A stretch of DNA of 64,000 nt from the IMG/VR virus record IMGVR_UViG_3300046170_000502, positions 1 through 64,000 of that record. One strand, 5' to 3'. Within the stretch, counting starts at the first letter, position 1. Each line of letters begins with the position of its first letter. This document shows, piece by piece, positions 30,742 to 40,551 of this stretch. The stretch comes from a virus. The notes below the pieces were generated by a model, which had not been told where the DNA came from, ran no database searches, and saw nothing but the letters and a program-made list of their open reading frames with translations. The translations under genes were made by a program, and so were the position numbers.

Positions 30742-30969
30742 ATGAACAAAACATTTGAAGTAGAAATTGCAAGTACGACATATCGCACATACGAAGTAAA
30801 AGCTAAATCACCAAAAAAGGCTCAAGAATTGGCTTTATCACAAATGGATGGAGATTGGGAGATTAGTAAAGCATGGAAGCAAAATGCAGAAGTTTCATAT
30901 TGCGAACCTCTTGGTGGAACATCTAGTATGGATAATGATGAGTTTGGAAAGTATATCAGAGGAGAATAA
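30742..30969 (+). CDS. Hypothetical protein
   Basis: Promoter at 30706. Confidence 0.55.
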   Translation: MNKTFEVEIASTTYRTYEVKAKSPKKAQELALSQMDGDWEISKAWKQNAEVSYCEPLGGTSSMDNDEFGKYIRGE

Positions 30970-30972
30970 AAG

Positions 30973-31548
30973 ATGAGTGGCGAAGGATTATCAGTAAGTT
31001 TTAGAAGAACAAGTCAGACCAAAGAATCGAATGATGAACTTCTTTGGAAGTTTCAAAATTTAGTTTATTCCAACAAGAAGATCATGTCTCACATGAAATG
31101 GTATGGCAAACTATATAGTGTTCAATTAATTGAGCATGGTGATGAAGAGTTACAAAAATGGCAACAAGAATTAGTTGCAATTAAAGATAGTTTTCAATTC
31201 AGCATTAGCGTTTACGAGTCTTGGGGCGATGATTCAAACTATTATGAATGCCATAAAACAGAGGGAAGTTTTGTTTCAGTTGCACAAAAATTTGCGTTAG
31301 ATTATAATTTAATGTATTTTCCTTTTGGTTTCCCTTCTGAATGGATTGAACAAGAAATAATTGATGGAGAAAAAAATTGGAATCATTTTAAAGTAAAAGC
31401 TGATGATAAAAACATTGACAGAATATGTGATGTATGGTATAATTATAGCATAATCAGAATAAGTAAAGATACAGATAAACATTGGAACGAAACTAAAGAA
31501 CAAATTAAAAATTTAATGAATAAAGAAAAATGTGCGATTACTCAATAA
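30973..31548 (+). CDS. Hypothetical protein
   Basis: 191-aa ORF. Confidence 0.55.
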   Translation: MSGEGLSVSFRRTSQTKESNDELLWKFQNLVYSNKKIMSHMKWYGKLYSVQLIEHGDEELQKWQQELVAIKDSFQFSISVYESWGDDSNYYECHKTEGSFVSVAQKFALDYNLMYFPFGFPSEWIEQEIIDGEKNWNHFKVKADDKNIDRICDVWYNYSIIRISKDTDKHWNETKEQIKNLMNKEKCAITQ

Positions 31549-31790
31549 TAGAAGGTTGTATTAGGCAAAGTTCAGATTTGCCGATTCAAAAAGAAGATCA
31601 CGATAAGACAATGGAAAGATTCTACAACTGCACAGAAGAAATTGCAAATGTAATAGAAAAGCATTACGAAGAAATTTATATTGAAGACATGGACAGAATC
31701 AATACTTTATTGCAAGAAGAAATTAATGAAGCTAAAAGAAATCAAGCTAGAGAAAATTACCTTAAAGATATAAATGGTGGATCAAAATGA
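31530..31790 (+). CDS. Hypothetical protein
   Basis: ORF chain. Confidence 0.45.
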   Translation: MCDYSIIEGCIRQSSDLPIQKEDHDKTMERFYNCTEEIANVIEKHYEEIYIEDMDRINTLLQEEINEAKRNQARENYLKDINGGSK

Positions 31791-32083
31791 AAGACGAAAT
31801 CTTAGTTGAACATAAAATTATAAGCAATAGAAGCGAGCCTCTTTATGTAGTTACTTCTGTTCACGCACAAGCAATTAACAATATGACTCGCAAGAAAAGC
31901 CTTGATGAAGTTGATCTTGAGTCACTCAAGTCTTTAGGTTTTGCGATTGCGTATAATAAACTTGACGAGAATGGCGATAAGTGTTATATTAAACATAACA
32001 CAAGGACATTTGCACAGAAGATGAAGAAAAAGAAAGATATTAGAAGTTTCAAACAAGACCCAAGAGACGAGATTCCATTTTGA
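31787..32083 (+). CDS. Hypothetical protein
   Basis: Coupled ORF ending DEIPF. Confidence 0.5.
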   Translation: MKDEILVEHKIISNRSEPLYVVTSVHAQAINNMTRKKSLDEVDLESLKSLGFAIAYNKLDENGDKCYIKHNTRTFAQKMKKKKDIRSFKQDPRDEIPF

Positions 32084-32262
32084 AGTACAACATTTCATAC
32101 AAGGATAACGAAGAAGACAAACAAATAAACTTTCATACAGAGAAGAACATGATTACCTACTTAAATAAAAACATAAATTATTTAAATACATTAAATCATG
32201 TTTACTTGAATTTCAAAACAATCAAACTTTCATTAAAACAAACTATATGGAGAAAAAAATAA
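32080..32262 (+). CDS. Small hypothetical protein
   Basis: TTGA-coupled. Confidence 0.4.
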   Translation: MKYNISYKDNEEDKQINFHTEKNMITYLNKNINYLNTLNHVYLNFKTIKLSLKQTIWRKK

Positions 32263-32458
32263 ATGCAAGAAATAATAAATAAAATATACGAGCGTATGGA
32301 ATTTTGTGCAAACGCACACACAAATTGCCAAGCAGAAGAACAAGCATACATTTCAGAATTAAGTTGTCTGAACGAAATTTTAGATCAAATTGAAGGTTTT
32401 CCTTGGGATCACTTACAAACAACAGAAGCTAATTAAACAAAAAAAACTATAAAATAAC

Positions 32459-32641
32459 ATGAGCAAAAAAGCAACAACAAGAAGAAATACTCCAAAAGAA
32501 CAAAGTGCGAAACTCCATCAAGTTTCCAAGAAAGTATCTCATGGAGGTGCAAAGCCTCTTGTGCCACACATTGATATGCCAAATGTAATGGTTACTCAAA
32601 AAGTTCGCAATGCACAAGATCGCAGAAGACAATCAAACTAA
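32459..32641 (+). CDS. Small basic protein
   Basis: K/R-rich ORF. Confidence 0.45.
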   Translation: MSKKATTRRNTPKEQSAKLHQVSKKVSHGGAKPLVPHIDMPNVMVTQKVRNAQDRRRQSN

Positions 32642-32813
32642 TTTATTTCTACAATTAACCGAGCGTTGGCAAGATGGACAATATGCTCAAGTTGCAGATT
32701 ATATCAGACATGACATTGTATTTTCAAATCGGGCTAATTTAATAGATTTTTGCTTGTATTTATCTAAACACTTAGGAATCAAAGAATTAAAAATTTTACA
32801 AAAACTAATTTAA
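32610..32813 (+). CDS. Small hypothetical protein
   Basis: ORF chain. Confidence 0.4.
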   Translation: MHKIAEDNQTNLFLQLTERWQDGQYAQVADYIRHDIVFSNRANLIDFCLYLSKHLGIKELKILQKLI

Positions 32814-32853
32814 ATGCTTGACATCAAGCTAAAAATTTCGTATTATTATAACC

Positions 32854-34044
32854 ATGACGAAAACATTGCAGACATTATATAAAGTAGATACTAAAGGAAA
32901 ATTGCGAGAATGGACAATGCACATTGATGGTGCATCCTTTTATGCAGTTAAAGGCTTGGTTGAGGGCAAGAAGACCCAAGATAAAGCTACAACCACAATC
33001 GCCAAGAATGTTGGGCGAAGCAATGAAACAACTCCCGAAGGTCAAGCAGAATTGCAAGCTCAAGCTAAATTCCAAAAGAAATTGGATAGTGGATATGCTC
33101 TCAACGAGATAGATGCACAGAAAAAAAAGTTTTATGAGCCAATGCTTGCACACAATTTTAAAGATCGTCAAGACGAATTGGTTGGGAATTATCCTCATTT
33201 TTCGCAACCAAAGCTAGATGGCATTCGTTGCGTTGTTCGCAAAGAAGGTGATACGCTCATTGGAAGGACTCGCAATGGTAAGGAGATAGAGTGCATACCT
33301 CATATCCTTAAAAGCCTAAATGGGTTCTTTCTCGCTCATCCAAACGCTATTCTCGATGGTGAACTATATAACCATGATTTGCGTGAAAACTTCAACAAGA
33401 TTACATCACTTGTTCGCAAGCAAAAACCAATCAAGTCAGCAAAAATGACTGATAAAGCATTTGCCAAAAAGCAAACTGAATATCAAGAACGACTCGCAGA
33501 AGCAGAAGATACTATTCAATATCATGTATATGATGCACCAAAGATCAATAATGTTGTAAATGAAAACCAACCTTTTGATTTTAGAATGGATGAACTAAAA
33601 GCTAAACTAATGACAAACAAACATATTATATTAGTTGAAACAAATGAAGTTTATTCTCTCGGCAATCTAAATAGTTTGTATGAACAATATCTTGAACAAG
33701 GATACGAAGGACAAATGGTTCGCAAATCACTATCTAAATATGATAACAAAAGAAGTACATCATTATTAAAAAGAAAAGAATTTATTGATGCAGAATATAA
33801 AGTTGTAGATATTGATGTTGGAAATGGTAATCGTAGTGGAACTGCAAAACATTTAGTGTGTTATTGTCCGACAACAAAAACTACATTCAATAGCAATATC
33901 AAAGGTTCATTTGACTACCTTAAAGAGATATATGATAATCGCAAAGATTATATTGGTAAATTAGCAACCATTAAGTATTTTCAACTTACTCCCGATGGAA
34001 TTCCAAGATTTCCATATGCAATAGCATTTAGAAACTACGAATAA
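32854..34044 (+). CDS. lig: ATP-dependent DNA ligase
   Basis: QPKLDGIRC (motif I), ILDGELY, YHVYD, GYEGQMVR, LLKRKEF.DAEY, TIKYFQLTPDGIPRFP. Confidence 0.93.
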   Translation: MTKTLQTLYKVDTKGKLREWTMHIDGASFYAVKGLVEGKKTQDKATTTIAKNVGRSNETTPEGQAELQAQAKFQKKLDSGYALNEIDAQKKKFYEPMLAHNFKDRQDELVGNYPHFSQPKLDGIRCVVRKEGDTLIGRTRNGKEIECIPHILKSLNGFFLAHPNAILDGELYNHDLRENFNKITSLVRKQKPIKSAKMTDKAFAKKQTEYQERLAEAEDTIQYHVYDAPKINNVVNENQPFDFRMDELKAKLMTNKHIILVETNEVYSLGNLNSLYEQYLEQGYEGQMVRKSLSKYDNKRSTSLLKRKEFIDAEYKVVDIDVGNGNRSGTAKHLVCYCPTTKTTFNSNIKGSFDYLKEIYDNRKDYIGKLATIKYFQLTPDGIPRFPYAIAFRNYE

Positions 34045-34352
34045 ACATATAAAAAACATATATGTTACATATAAGTCAACATATCAAACAACTAAAAACA
34101 AGCATACCAAGGAATGCCCCATAGAAACCTCGTAAGATACCCTATTAATCATCTTTATATACTATAACACAATATACCATTCTATATAAGTAAAACAATA
34201 CAATATAATAAGAATATTAGTATAGTAAATAATAGATTAAAAATTAAAATAAAAAATATTAAAATGTGGGGTAAAATGGGTGATAGTGGGTTGCACGACT
34301 TAAATATATAAAATAAAACATTCGATTATAACTTAATAACAAAAGAAAAATA

Positions 34353-34769
34353 ATGCAAATACAAATAAATAATTATAGAATTAGAAGATATGATAGTTTA
34401 AACTTGTGTGTTGAAGTAAAAAAAGAAAAACAACAAGCAAAAAATCCATATGGAAGGAACGGCAAGAGTGGTAGCGAGCCAATCGCACAAAATAATTCAT
34501 CAAATAATGTACAATATAAGTGGCATTTAATTGGATATTATTCTACATTAGATTATTGTTTAAAAAAATTAGTAGAAGATTGCTTGACAAATGATGAAGA
34601 TATTAATACAATACAAGAAATAATAAATAAAATAACGCAATTACATGAAAAAATTAATAAAATTAGTGCTGATAATGAGAGGTTTATTGAACAAAATATT
34701 TTATCAAGTTCTGCGGATCAAGAGGATCGAGTTAGCCAACTTGCCGAAGAAGCAATCAATCAAGCGTAA
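34353..34769 (+). CDS. Hypothetical phage protein
   Basis: YRIRRYDSLN; W.LIGYYSTL..CL. Confidence 0.55.
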   Translation: MQIQINNYRIRRYDSLNLCVEVKKEKQQAKNPYGRNGKSGSEPIAQNNSSNNVQYKWHLIGYYSTLDYCLKKLVEDCLTNDEDINTIQEIINKITQLHEKINKISADNERFIEQNILSSSADQEDRVSQLAEEAINQA

Positions 34770-35120
34770 TTCTCATGGATTTCCAACACTTTACAAAGAT
34801 TAATATAATAAGTCATTCATTCTTAATTATTTACAAAATTTTATAATTATTTACATTTATTCTTGACTTGTCTTTTATTATATTGTATAGTGTAATATAC
34901 ATATATGAAGAAGAGGAAGATAAAGTTAAGCATATAGATGTAGATCACAGATAACAATCTCCGAAATTGAATAGATGAAGATATGATCGAGCCTTCAACG
35001 AAAATATCTTAAAAAATCTTCCGAATGTTGACGGCAAGGATGAGATCGAGAAGAGCTTGAAAAATACAATACAAGAAATAAAAGATAAAAATAAAACATA
35101 ATACTTAATTGCATAAAAAA

Positions 35121-35327
35121 ATGGATGAATTACAAGAAATAAGTGCCGAAATAATAGAAATATTCAATACAAAGATAGGCGAACTATCTACAGAGCAAGC
35201 CGAAACCATAAATCTATGCAATAGTAGCATGAATTTTTACATGGAATTAGGCGAGCGAGAAAAAGCATTGTGGGAAGCCAAATATACATTACAATTATTA
35301 AATAATATAGTAAACAATGGCAAATAA
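35121..35327 (+). CDS. Small helical protein (tandem paralog 1)
   Basis: LQEISAEII..; similar to next ORF. Confidence 0.5.
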   Translation: MDELQEISAEIIEIFNTKIGELSTEQAETINLCNSSMNFYMELGEREKALWEAKYTLQLLNNIVNNGK

Positions 35328-35544
35328 ATATACTGATGAAGATGTATTACAATTATCATATGAAATAATACAATTAATTGAACAAAATATTTCTTGTTTT
35401 AATGATGATGAGACAGAGAATGTTATTACAAGTAATGAGAGTATCGCATTTCATGTAGAGAATGATAATATAGATAGAGCATATATAGAAGCACTCAATT
35501 TAAAAGAATATTTAATAAAATTAAAAAATAACAAATATAAATAA
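35317..35544 (+). CDS. Small helical protein (tandem paralog 2)
   Basis: LQLSYEII..RAYIEA..LKEYL. Confidence 0.5.
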   Translation: MANKYTDEDVLQLSYEIIQLIEQNISCFNDDETENVITSNESIAFHVENDNIDRAYIEALNLKEYLIKLKNNKYK

Positions 35545-35756
35545 TGCACGCACGAAGAGAAATAGATCATATATTAGATAATATTAATGAAATAATTGCA
35601 AAAAATAAAACATCAAATAAAGAAAGCGAAGATGATCGAGCAATGCTTGAACACTTGTACGCAACAATCAATCTCAAAACAAATGACGGCAAATATGCTA
35701 AAGGAATGTGGACTGACTCGCCCGAATTTAATTGTACAAATATTTTTATCAAATAA
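35544..35756 (+). CDS. Hypothetical protein
   Basis: TAATG-coupled. Confidence 0.45.
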   Translation: MHARREIDHILDNINEIIAKNKTSNKESEDDRAMLEHLYATINLKTNDGKYAKGMWTDSPEFNCTNIFIK

Positions 35757-35758
35757 TC

Positions 35759-35835
35759 GGGGTAGTAGCTCAGTTGGTTAGAGTGTCTGCCTGTCACGCA
35801 GAAGGTCGCGAGTTCGAGTCTCGTCTATCCCGCCA
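35759..35835 (+). tRNA. trnD: tRNA-Asp(GTC)
   Basis: GGGGTAG/CTATCCC stem, TCTGC-CTGTCAC-GCAGA, TTCGAGT T-loop, G discriminator + CCA. Confidence 0.96.
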
Positions 35836-35893
35836 TTTGATTTTTTTTAAAAAAGGCTTGACAATCGCCAAATATTCTGCCATACTATTAATC

Positions 35894-36034
35894 ATGGACG
35901 AAATAACAAAGGAATTGCAAAAGATAAAAGACCAAATATCTATCTCAAATGGATACACAGATGATGTAAGAAAAGAATTATCTGATTTAAATAAAACACT
36001 AATGTTGATTGCCCAAATATTAAGAAATAAATAA
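35894..36034 (+). CDS. Small coiled-coil protein
   Basis: TTGACA(35858)-N17-CATACT-N7-ATG. Confidence 0.5.
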   Translation: MDEITKELQKIKDQISISNGYTDDVRKELSDLNKTLMLIAQILRNK

Positions 36035-36472
36035 ACAAATTTTTGCATGATATAAAATGCTTTATTATAGTATTTACTCTTATACAATATAATATACTAA
36101 ATAAACAATACAATTGCATGATATAAAAAGCAAAACAATATAACTTAAATAAATACTTAATTATATAAAATAAATTATAGAATATGATATACGAAATAAT
36201 ACATTCAATAGTAAGTTGCGTAGGAGCAATAACAATTCTAACATTAATATCTTTTGCAGTAGATAAAGCATATAGATTAATCGCAAATAAAATTTAATAA
36301 AATTATGAATCAAATAAACTCAAATAAATACTTAGTTGGAAAAAAGAAAAGCGGACGAGGAATGGTTGGACACAAGGGTGGATTAGCTACTCCAACGGGA
36401 GCATTCGGAGGAAAAAGTAAGTTCAACAAAAAAAAGCTTGACAACAAATCCTAATCTGATATACTTAGGGTT

Positions 36473-36724
36473 ATGAATTATTGCGAAGAACAACTTGAAT
36501 ATCTTGAGTGGCAAGCTCAAGTAGAAAAAGAAAAGAATACAAACCCATGCGATCTCGCAGAAGGAGTATATATGTTAGTAGATGATGCGAGTCCGAGCGA
36601 ATCGCCTATTTATTTTCGTTCACTTAAAGGTGCAGTTGATTGGGCAGAGAATGACGATCAATACATTTCTTATCAAGGACAAGAACAATGGTCTGTTTAT
36701 AGAGTTGGAGGAAAAGTACTATGA
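36473..36724 (+). CDS. Hypothetical protein
   Basis: Leaderless promoter at 36438. Confidence 0.55.
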   Translation: MNYCEEQLEYLEWQAQVEKEKNTNPCDLAEGVYMLVDDASPSESPIYFRSLKGAVDWAENDDQYISYQGQEQWSVYRVGGKVL

Positions 36725-36909
36725 CATTTCAAGAAATCGACATTAAAAATATTGACGGCATGATACCAAATGGTAGCGAACTCGCAGTTATTGACAGAAA
36801 AGATTTAATGAAAGATGATCTCGATCAAGCATTGATTCTCTATGGATGGGATGAAGTAGGAATGTTCGATCATGAATTTGATCTTCCAACATACGGATTC
36901 GTTTCTTAA
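36721..36909 (+). CDS. Small acidic protein
   Basis: ATGA-coupled. Confidence 0.5.
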   Translation: MTFQEIDIKNIDGMIPNGSELAVIDRKDLMKDDLDQALILYGWDEVGMFDHEFDLPTYGFVS

Positions 36910-37000
36910 AAAAAAGACTTGACAATATATTACATTCTGATATACTAGAATACATAAAACAAATTGCCGAAACTAATTAACCTAAAAATTATATAAAATT

Positions 37001-37222
37001 ATGAGTATTGCGAAAAATGCGAGAGCGAGCCAAGTAATGGCAGATATTAAAAGTGGTAAACATACACCTGCGAATAAGCAAGGTAAGTTTGCAAATTATG
37101 GATCAGTTGCCGAGGATAGTATATATTATTCCACCAAACTATCTCAAAAAGCAGATGCAGTTCGCATCGCACGAGTCGAAGCAAGTCGAGCAAGATTAAG
37201 ATTGAAAGGAATTTTTATTTAA
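37001..37222 (+). CDS. Small basic protein
   Basis: Promoter at 36919. Confidence 0.55.
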   Translation: MSIAKNARASQVMADIKSGKHTPANKQGKFANYGSVAEDSIYYSTKLSQKADAVRIARVEASRARLRLKGIFI

Positions 37223-37476
37223 TGATCGAGTCGCTATCCCCAAAAGTTTCTATGTTCGCCACAGAACAAGAACTCCGAGAAGAGTTAACTGAAAAAGAAT
37301 ATGTTTATGTTAAACTCGCCAAGCTAAACGAACATATCGCTGATCTTTATCATTGCACACAATATCCAAACAATAAAATAATTGATGCAAATAACTCATA
37401 CAAATATATTAACCAAATACAACAAGACCTATTAAGAATAAATAGAAGAGCAAATAATAAAATTACAAATAAATAA
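37222..37476 (+). CDS. Hypothetical protein
   Basis: TAATG-coupled. Confidence 0.5.
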   Translation: MIESLSPKVSMFATEQELREELTEKEYVYVKLAKLNEHIADLYHCTQYPNNKIIDANNSYKYINQIQQDLLRINRRANNKITNK

Positions 37477-37485
37477 AAAAAGAAC

Positions 37486-37571
37486 TTGACTTTTAATCAA
37501 ATATAGAGTATAATACTCGTATAACAATTGAGAAATAAACTCAATCAAATAAAATAAATTGATCTTTAACA
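37486..37571 (+). promoter_or_regulatory. Sigma70 promoter plus boxA-like antitermination site
   Basis: TTGACT 37486, TATAAT 37509-37514; TGATCTTTAACA 37560-37571 (1 mismatch to E. coli rrn boxA TGCTCTTTAACA). Confidence 0.7.
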
Positions 37572-37584
37572 TTTTAAAAACTTT

Positions 37585-37794
37585 GGAGAGGTAGATATAC
37601 TTCTCCTGTGGGTGACCGAATAAGCCTGTCGTGAGCGGGCTAAAGTATGCAGATCCCTGTGGTAGGGTTGGTAGAGTTCAATCGAATGAGCCAAATGACA
37701 ATACCATGTCTAGTCTGTAGTTTGAAGTAGGTACACAATGAACTGATGTTCACGCCGAAAAATTGGAGGTATACAGTAGTCCTTCCCCACGCCA
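37585..37794 (+). ncRNA. Candidate structured non-coding RNA (~210 nt) ending in GCCA
   Basis: GC-richer, no sense ORF, at least 5 hairpins incl. a GUGA tetraloop, GTGGG/CCCAC closing helix, own promoter, boxA and terminator. Confidence 0.6.
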
Positions 37795-37816
37795 TTTTCT
37801 TAATCATGCATTCTAG

Positions 37817-37851
37817 CCTACTCAAGGTTTATTCCTTGGGTAGGTTTTTTT
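37817..37851 (+). terminator. Rho-independent terminator
   Basis: CCTACTCAAGG-TTTATT-CCTTGGGTAGG followed by T7. Confidence 0.85.
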
Positions 37852-37888
37852 GTTTGACAATGATTCGAAATCTGTCATACTAGTATAC

Positions 37889-38143
37889 ATGAATACATTA
37901 AAAAACATTCTTGCGAACTACGGATATATAACCAAACCACAACTCGCCGAACTCAACGAACACTTTCCACACATGAAAGTAGTAATCAAGTGGGGAGGCA
38001 TGCCCCGTGATCGAGTTCCTGTTCGCCAAGCAGTGAAACTCATTAAAAATATTGAATCAAAAAACATCGACTATTGCAGAGAAGTATTCTTCGCATCAGA
38101 TGAAATGAGTAAGCTTAGAGAAGTATTTCACATTGCACAATAA
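37889..38143 (+). CDS. Hypothetical protein
   Basis: Leaderless promoter at 37854. Confidence 0.55.
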   Translation: MNTLKNILANYGYITKPQLAELNEHFPHMKVVIKWGGMPRDRVPVRQAVKLIKNIESKNIDYCREVFFASDEMSKLREVFHIAQ

Positions 38144-38161
38144 CCATAAACAAAAAAACAT

Positions 38162-38737
38162 ATGATTAATCCAGCAGAAGTAACAAACTATAATAGAACA
38201 CAATACGAATTAGAAGAATTTATCTTGTTCTGTATTAATGTAGCAGGAAAGAAAAGTTCAATTGAAGCACCTAAATTAGAAGTGTTTATTGAAAGAGCAA
38301 AAGATATAACAAAAGAAACAAGTCCATTTAATTGTATAAGAAAATTGATTAAATTGGGCCGGCTCCAAGAGATCATGCATTGGGCAAAGCTTAGTCCATA
38401 TCAGCAAAGATACAACTCTTATGTTGCTGTATCAAAGATTCAAGACCTCCAAACCGTTACCCTGAACAGGTTATTGCAGGTTGCAGGCATCGGGCTCAAA
38501 ACAGCAAGATTCTTTCTTTCTCATAGCCGCGAAGACTTTGACGAACCAATGCTCGACACACATATCTTAAGGTTCCTTCGCGACCAAGGATACAGTGACG
38601 CCCCAAAGAGCACTCCTTCGAATGTCGGTATCTACAACTATTACGCTAATGTATTCAAAATGTTTGCAAGGACCTTAGGAAAGTCAGTTACTGATCTTGA
38701 TCTTGAAATTTGGAAAAAGTACTCGGGTACTGCTTAA
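38162..38737 (+). CDS. HhH-GPD DNA glycosylase (OGG/N-glycosylase-DNA lyase-like)
   Basis: LLQVAGIGLKTARFFL (HhH with Lys) ..LDTHILRFLR; C-term DLDLEIW. Confidence 0.75.
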   Translation: MINPAEVTNYNRTQYELEEFILFCINVAGKKSSIEAPKLEVFIERAKDITKETSPFNCIRKLIKLGRLQEIMHWAKLSPYQQRYNSYVAVSKIQDLQTVTLNRLLQVAGIGLKTARFFLSHSREDFDEPMLDTHILRFLRDQGYSDAPKSTPSNVGIYNYYANVFKMFARTLGKSVTDLDLEIWKKYSGTA

Positions 38738-38966
38738 TGGATACTGCTACAATTATTATTGTTGCATTCATCATAGGCCTTGTCCGCGCCGTTCTAGAAA
38801 CAAAAAACGAGGATTTTTAGAAGCCAAATATTCTTCAGCCAAATAACACAACCAAATACCAATTATATATATTACAAATAAGGGGGAAACAAATAACAAT
38901 CCAAATAAATAAAGGAAGTAAAATGTAGATAAAATTAGAAAAAAAAGAATAAAATTAAAAATTACA

Positions 38967-39047
38967 TAAGTCGTTGTATATCAACAAGTTGCGGAAAATC
39001 CGCCTAGGCTTTTTTACGTAAGTCTTTGAAGCTCAACAACTTACAAC
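38967..39047 (+). repeat. Palindromic cassette repeat R1
   Basis: TAAGTCGTTG-N-CAACAAGTTG..CGCCTAGG..CGTAAGTCTTTG-N-CAACAACTTACAAC; promoter at 39074. Confidence 0.85.
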
Positions 39048-39108
39048 TATATTCAATTAAATGAAAAAAAAGGTTGACTTGCGGTAAAAACCTGTCATAC
39101 TTGTATAC

Positions 39109-39507
39109 ATGATTAAGACAAAGCCTAACGAAAAAAGATATAAGATTGACTTTGGCAGTCCTGTTTTTGTTTACAAAAATCTTCACAAAAAATGTTGGAG
39201 CATCAAGCAAAACGGATTGGTCAAGGCTCATACTAAATTATTAGCAATGCATAGTTGCACCTTCAAGGTTAATAAAAATGGGCGACAAAGAGTTTTAAAA
39301 GAACAGCGTAAAAATGTTCATGCAGGAATCGAGGGCTATATAGAGAATTGGCAAATGGGTGATTGGAGAGAATCTCATCCCACCGCACGACCTGTTTCAT
39401 ACAACCCATATAAGTATGAGAATTTTGTTGACAAGGACACGGAACAAATGGTAGACTATGCTATTGCCGTAAGATTAGAACCCAAACAAGTATTAGCAGT
39501 ATTATGA
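39109..39507 (+). CDS. Conserved phage protein
   Basis: VFVYKNLHKKCWSIK..GRQRVLKEQRKNVHAGI..V.YNPYK; MIKT start. Confidence 0.7.
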   Translation: MIKTKPNEKRYKIDFGSPVFVYKNLHKKCWSIKQNGLVKAHTKLLAMHSCTFKVNKNGRQRVLKEQRKNVHAGIEGYIENWQMGDWRESHPTARPVSYNPYKYENFVDKDTEQMVDYAIAVRLEPKQVLAVL

Positions 39508-39653
39508 ATGAAACACAAATGACCAAAACAAGTATCCAAAAAGAGATCATTGACCAATTTGACTATTTAAGTCCGAGAGAGTTAATGGTGATTTTCGAGT
39601 TAATCTTCGGAATGGGAGAGGTTCAACTAGATGAAGTAGATTGGAGTAAGTAA
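39504..39653 (+). CDS. Small hypothetical protein
   Basis: ATGA-coupled 49-aa ORF. Confidence 0.4.
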   Translation: MNETQMTKTSIQKEIIDQFDYLSPRELMVIFELIFGMGEVQLDEVDWSK

Positions 39654-39655
39654 TT

Positions 39656-39889
39656 ATGACACAAGCAAAAATTAGAGAAAACATTTTAAGCATCGTTCGA
39701 GGAGAAATGGCATACGCAGATCCAATGTCCAAGGTTTGCTTGGAGCAGAACGAGCGTCACCCCGAAAAGTTTCCACTTGGAAGTACATTTCAATCAGCCG
39801 AAGAAGTTTTAGAAGACATCATTTTAAGTTTGACATCATTGCAAAATGAGCTTAGAATAGAGTCTTCATTTCAATCAGCACAACTATAA
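39656..39889 (+). CDS. Hypothetical protein
   Basis: ORF chain. Confidence 0.5.
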   Translation: MTQAKIRENILSIVRGEMAYADPMSKVCLEQNERHPEKFPLGSTFQSAEEVLEDIILSLTSLQNELRIESSFQSAQL

Positions 39890-39905
39890 ACACAAGGAAA
39901 AAATC

Positions 39906-40313
39906 ATGGGATTAGATCAATACGCATACGCACGACCACCACGCAAACGCAATTCAGACAACGATATTCAAGTTGCCGAGTGGAGAAAACACAATCGCTT
40001 ACAAGGTTGGATGGAACACCTTTGGCAAAGCAAAGGTTGTCCAAACGCAAATGAAGATGGTGATTTTAATTGTGCAGTATTACCACTCACATCTGAAGAT
40101 ATTGATTCTCTTGAAGATGCGATTCTTAACTTTGAGTTACCCCAAACGGACGGATTCTTTTTTGGTTCTGATTCTTATTTTTGGACTGACGAAAATGATG
40201 AACCTCATGCCGATAACGATTATTGGTACAAAGAATCTGACTTGACATTCATCAAAGAAGCAAGAAAAATGATTGAGAAAAAGCACAGAATTTTTTACTC
40301 TTCTTGGTATTAA
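39906..40313 (+). CDS. Conserved phage protein
   Basis: MGLDQY, WRKHN.LQGW, NC..LPLT, LP.TDGFFFGS. Confidence 0.7.
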   Translation: MGLDQYAYARPPRKRNSDNDIQVAEWRKHNRLQGWMEHLWQSKGCPNANEDGDFNCAVLPLTSEDIDSLEDAILNFELPQTDGFFFGSDSYFWTDENDEPHADNDYWYKESDLTFIKEARKMIEKKHRIFYSSWY

Positions 40314-40351
40314 GGCTTGACTTTCGCTGAAAATCTGACAAACTATACATT

Positions 40352-40549
40352 ATGAGCATGACACTAGAAACACCACAACAAATTAACGCATTCCGATTAA
40401 GGACTCTCGCAAGAGGAATAAAATTGGAAATGAATGGATTAAAGATGTCGAGAGGTAGAAGTTGCTACTCGATTGTAAAATCTGAATTCGGATTCAAGGG
40501 CAACAAGCAATCTGTTCTTGACCAATTACTCAACCACATGGAGGGATAA
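40352..40549 (+). CDS. Conserved small phage protein
   Basis: GIKLEMNGLKMSRGRSCY..KSEFG.KGNK..VL.QL. Confidence 0.65.
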   Translation: MSMTLETPQQINAFRLRTLARGIKLEMNGLKMSRGRSCYSIVKSEFGFKGNKQSVLDQLLNHMEG

Positions 40550-40551
40550 GG

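Noticed and set aside
37585-37794. tmRNA or RNase P assignment for the CCA-ending RNA
   Set aside because: No TTCRA T-loop, no tag reading frame, too short, and no RNase P P4 signature recognised.
37640-37825. 61-aa minus-strand ORF over the candidate ncRNA
   Set aside because: Antisense to a promoter/boxA/terminator unit, with no promoter of its own or recognisable motif.
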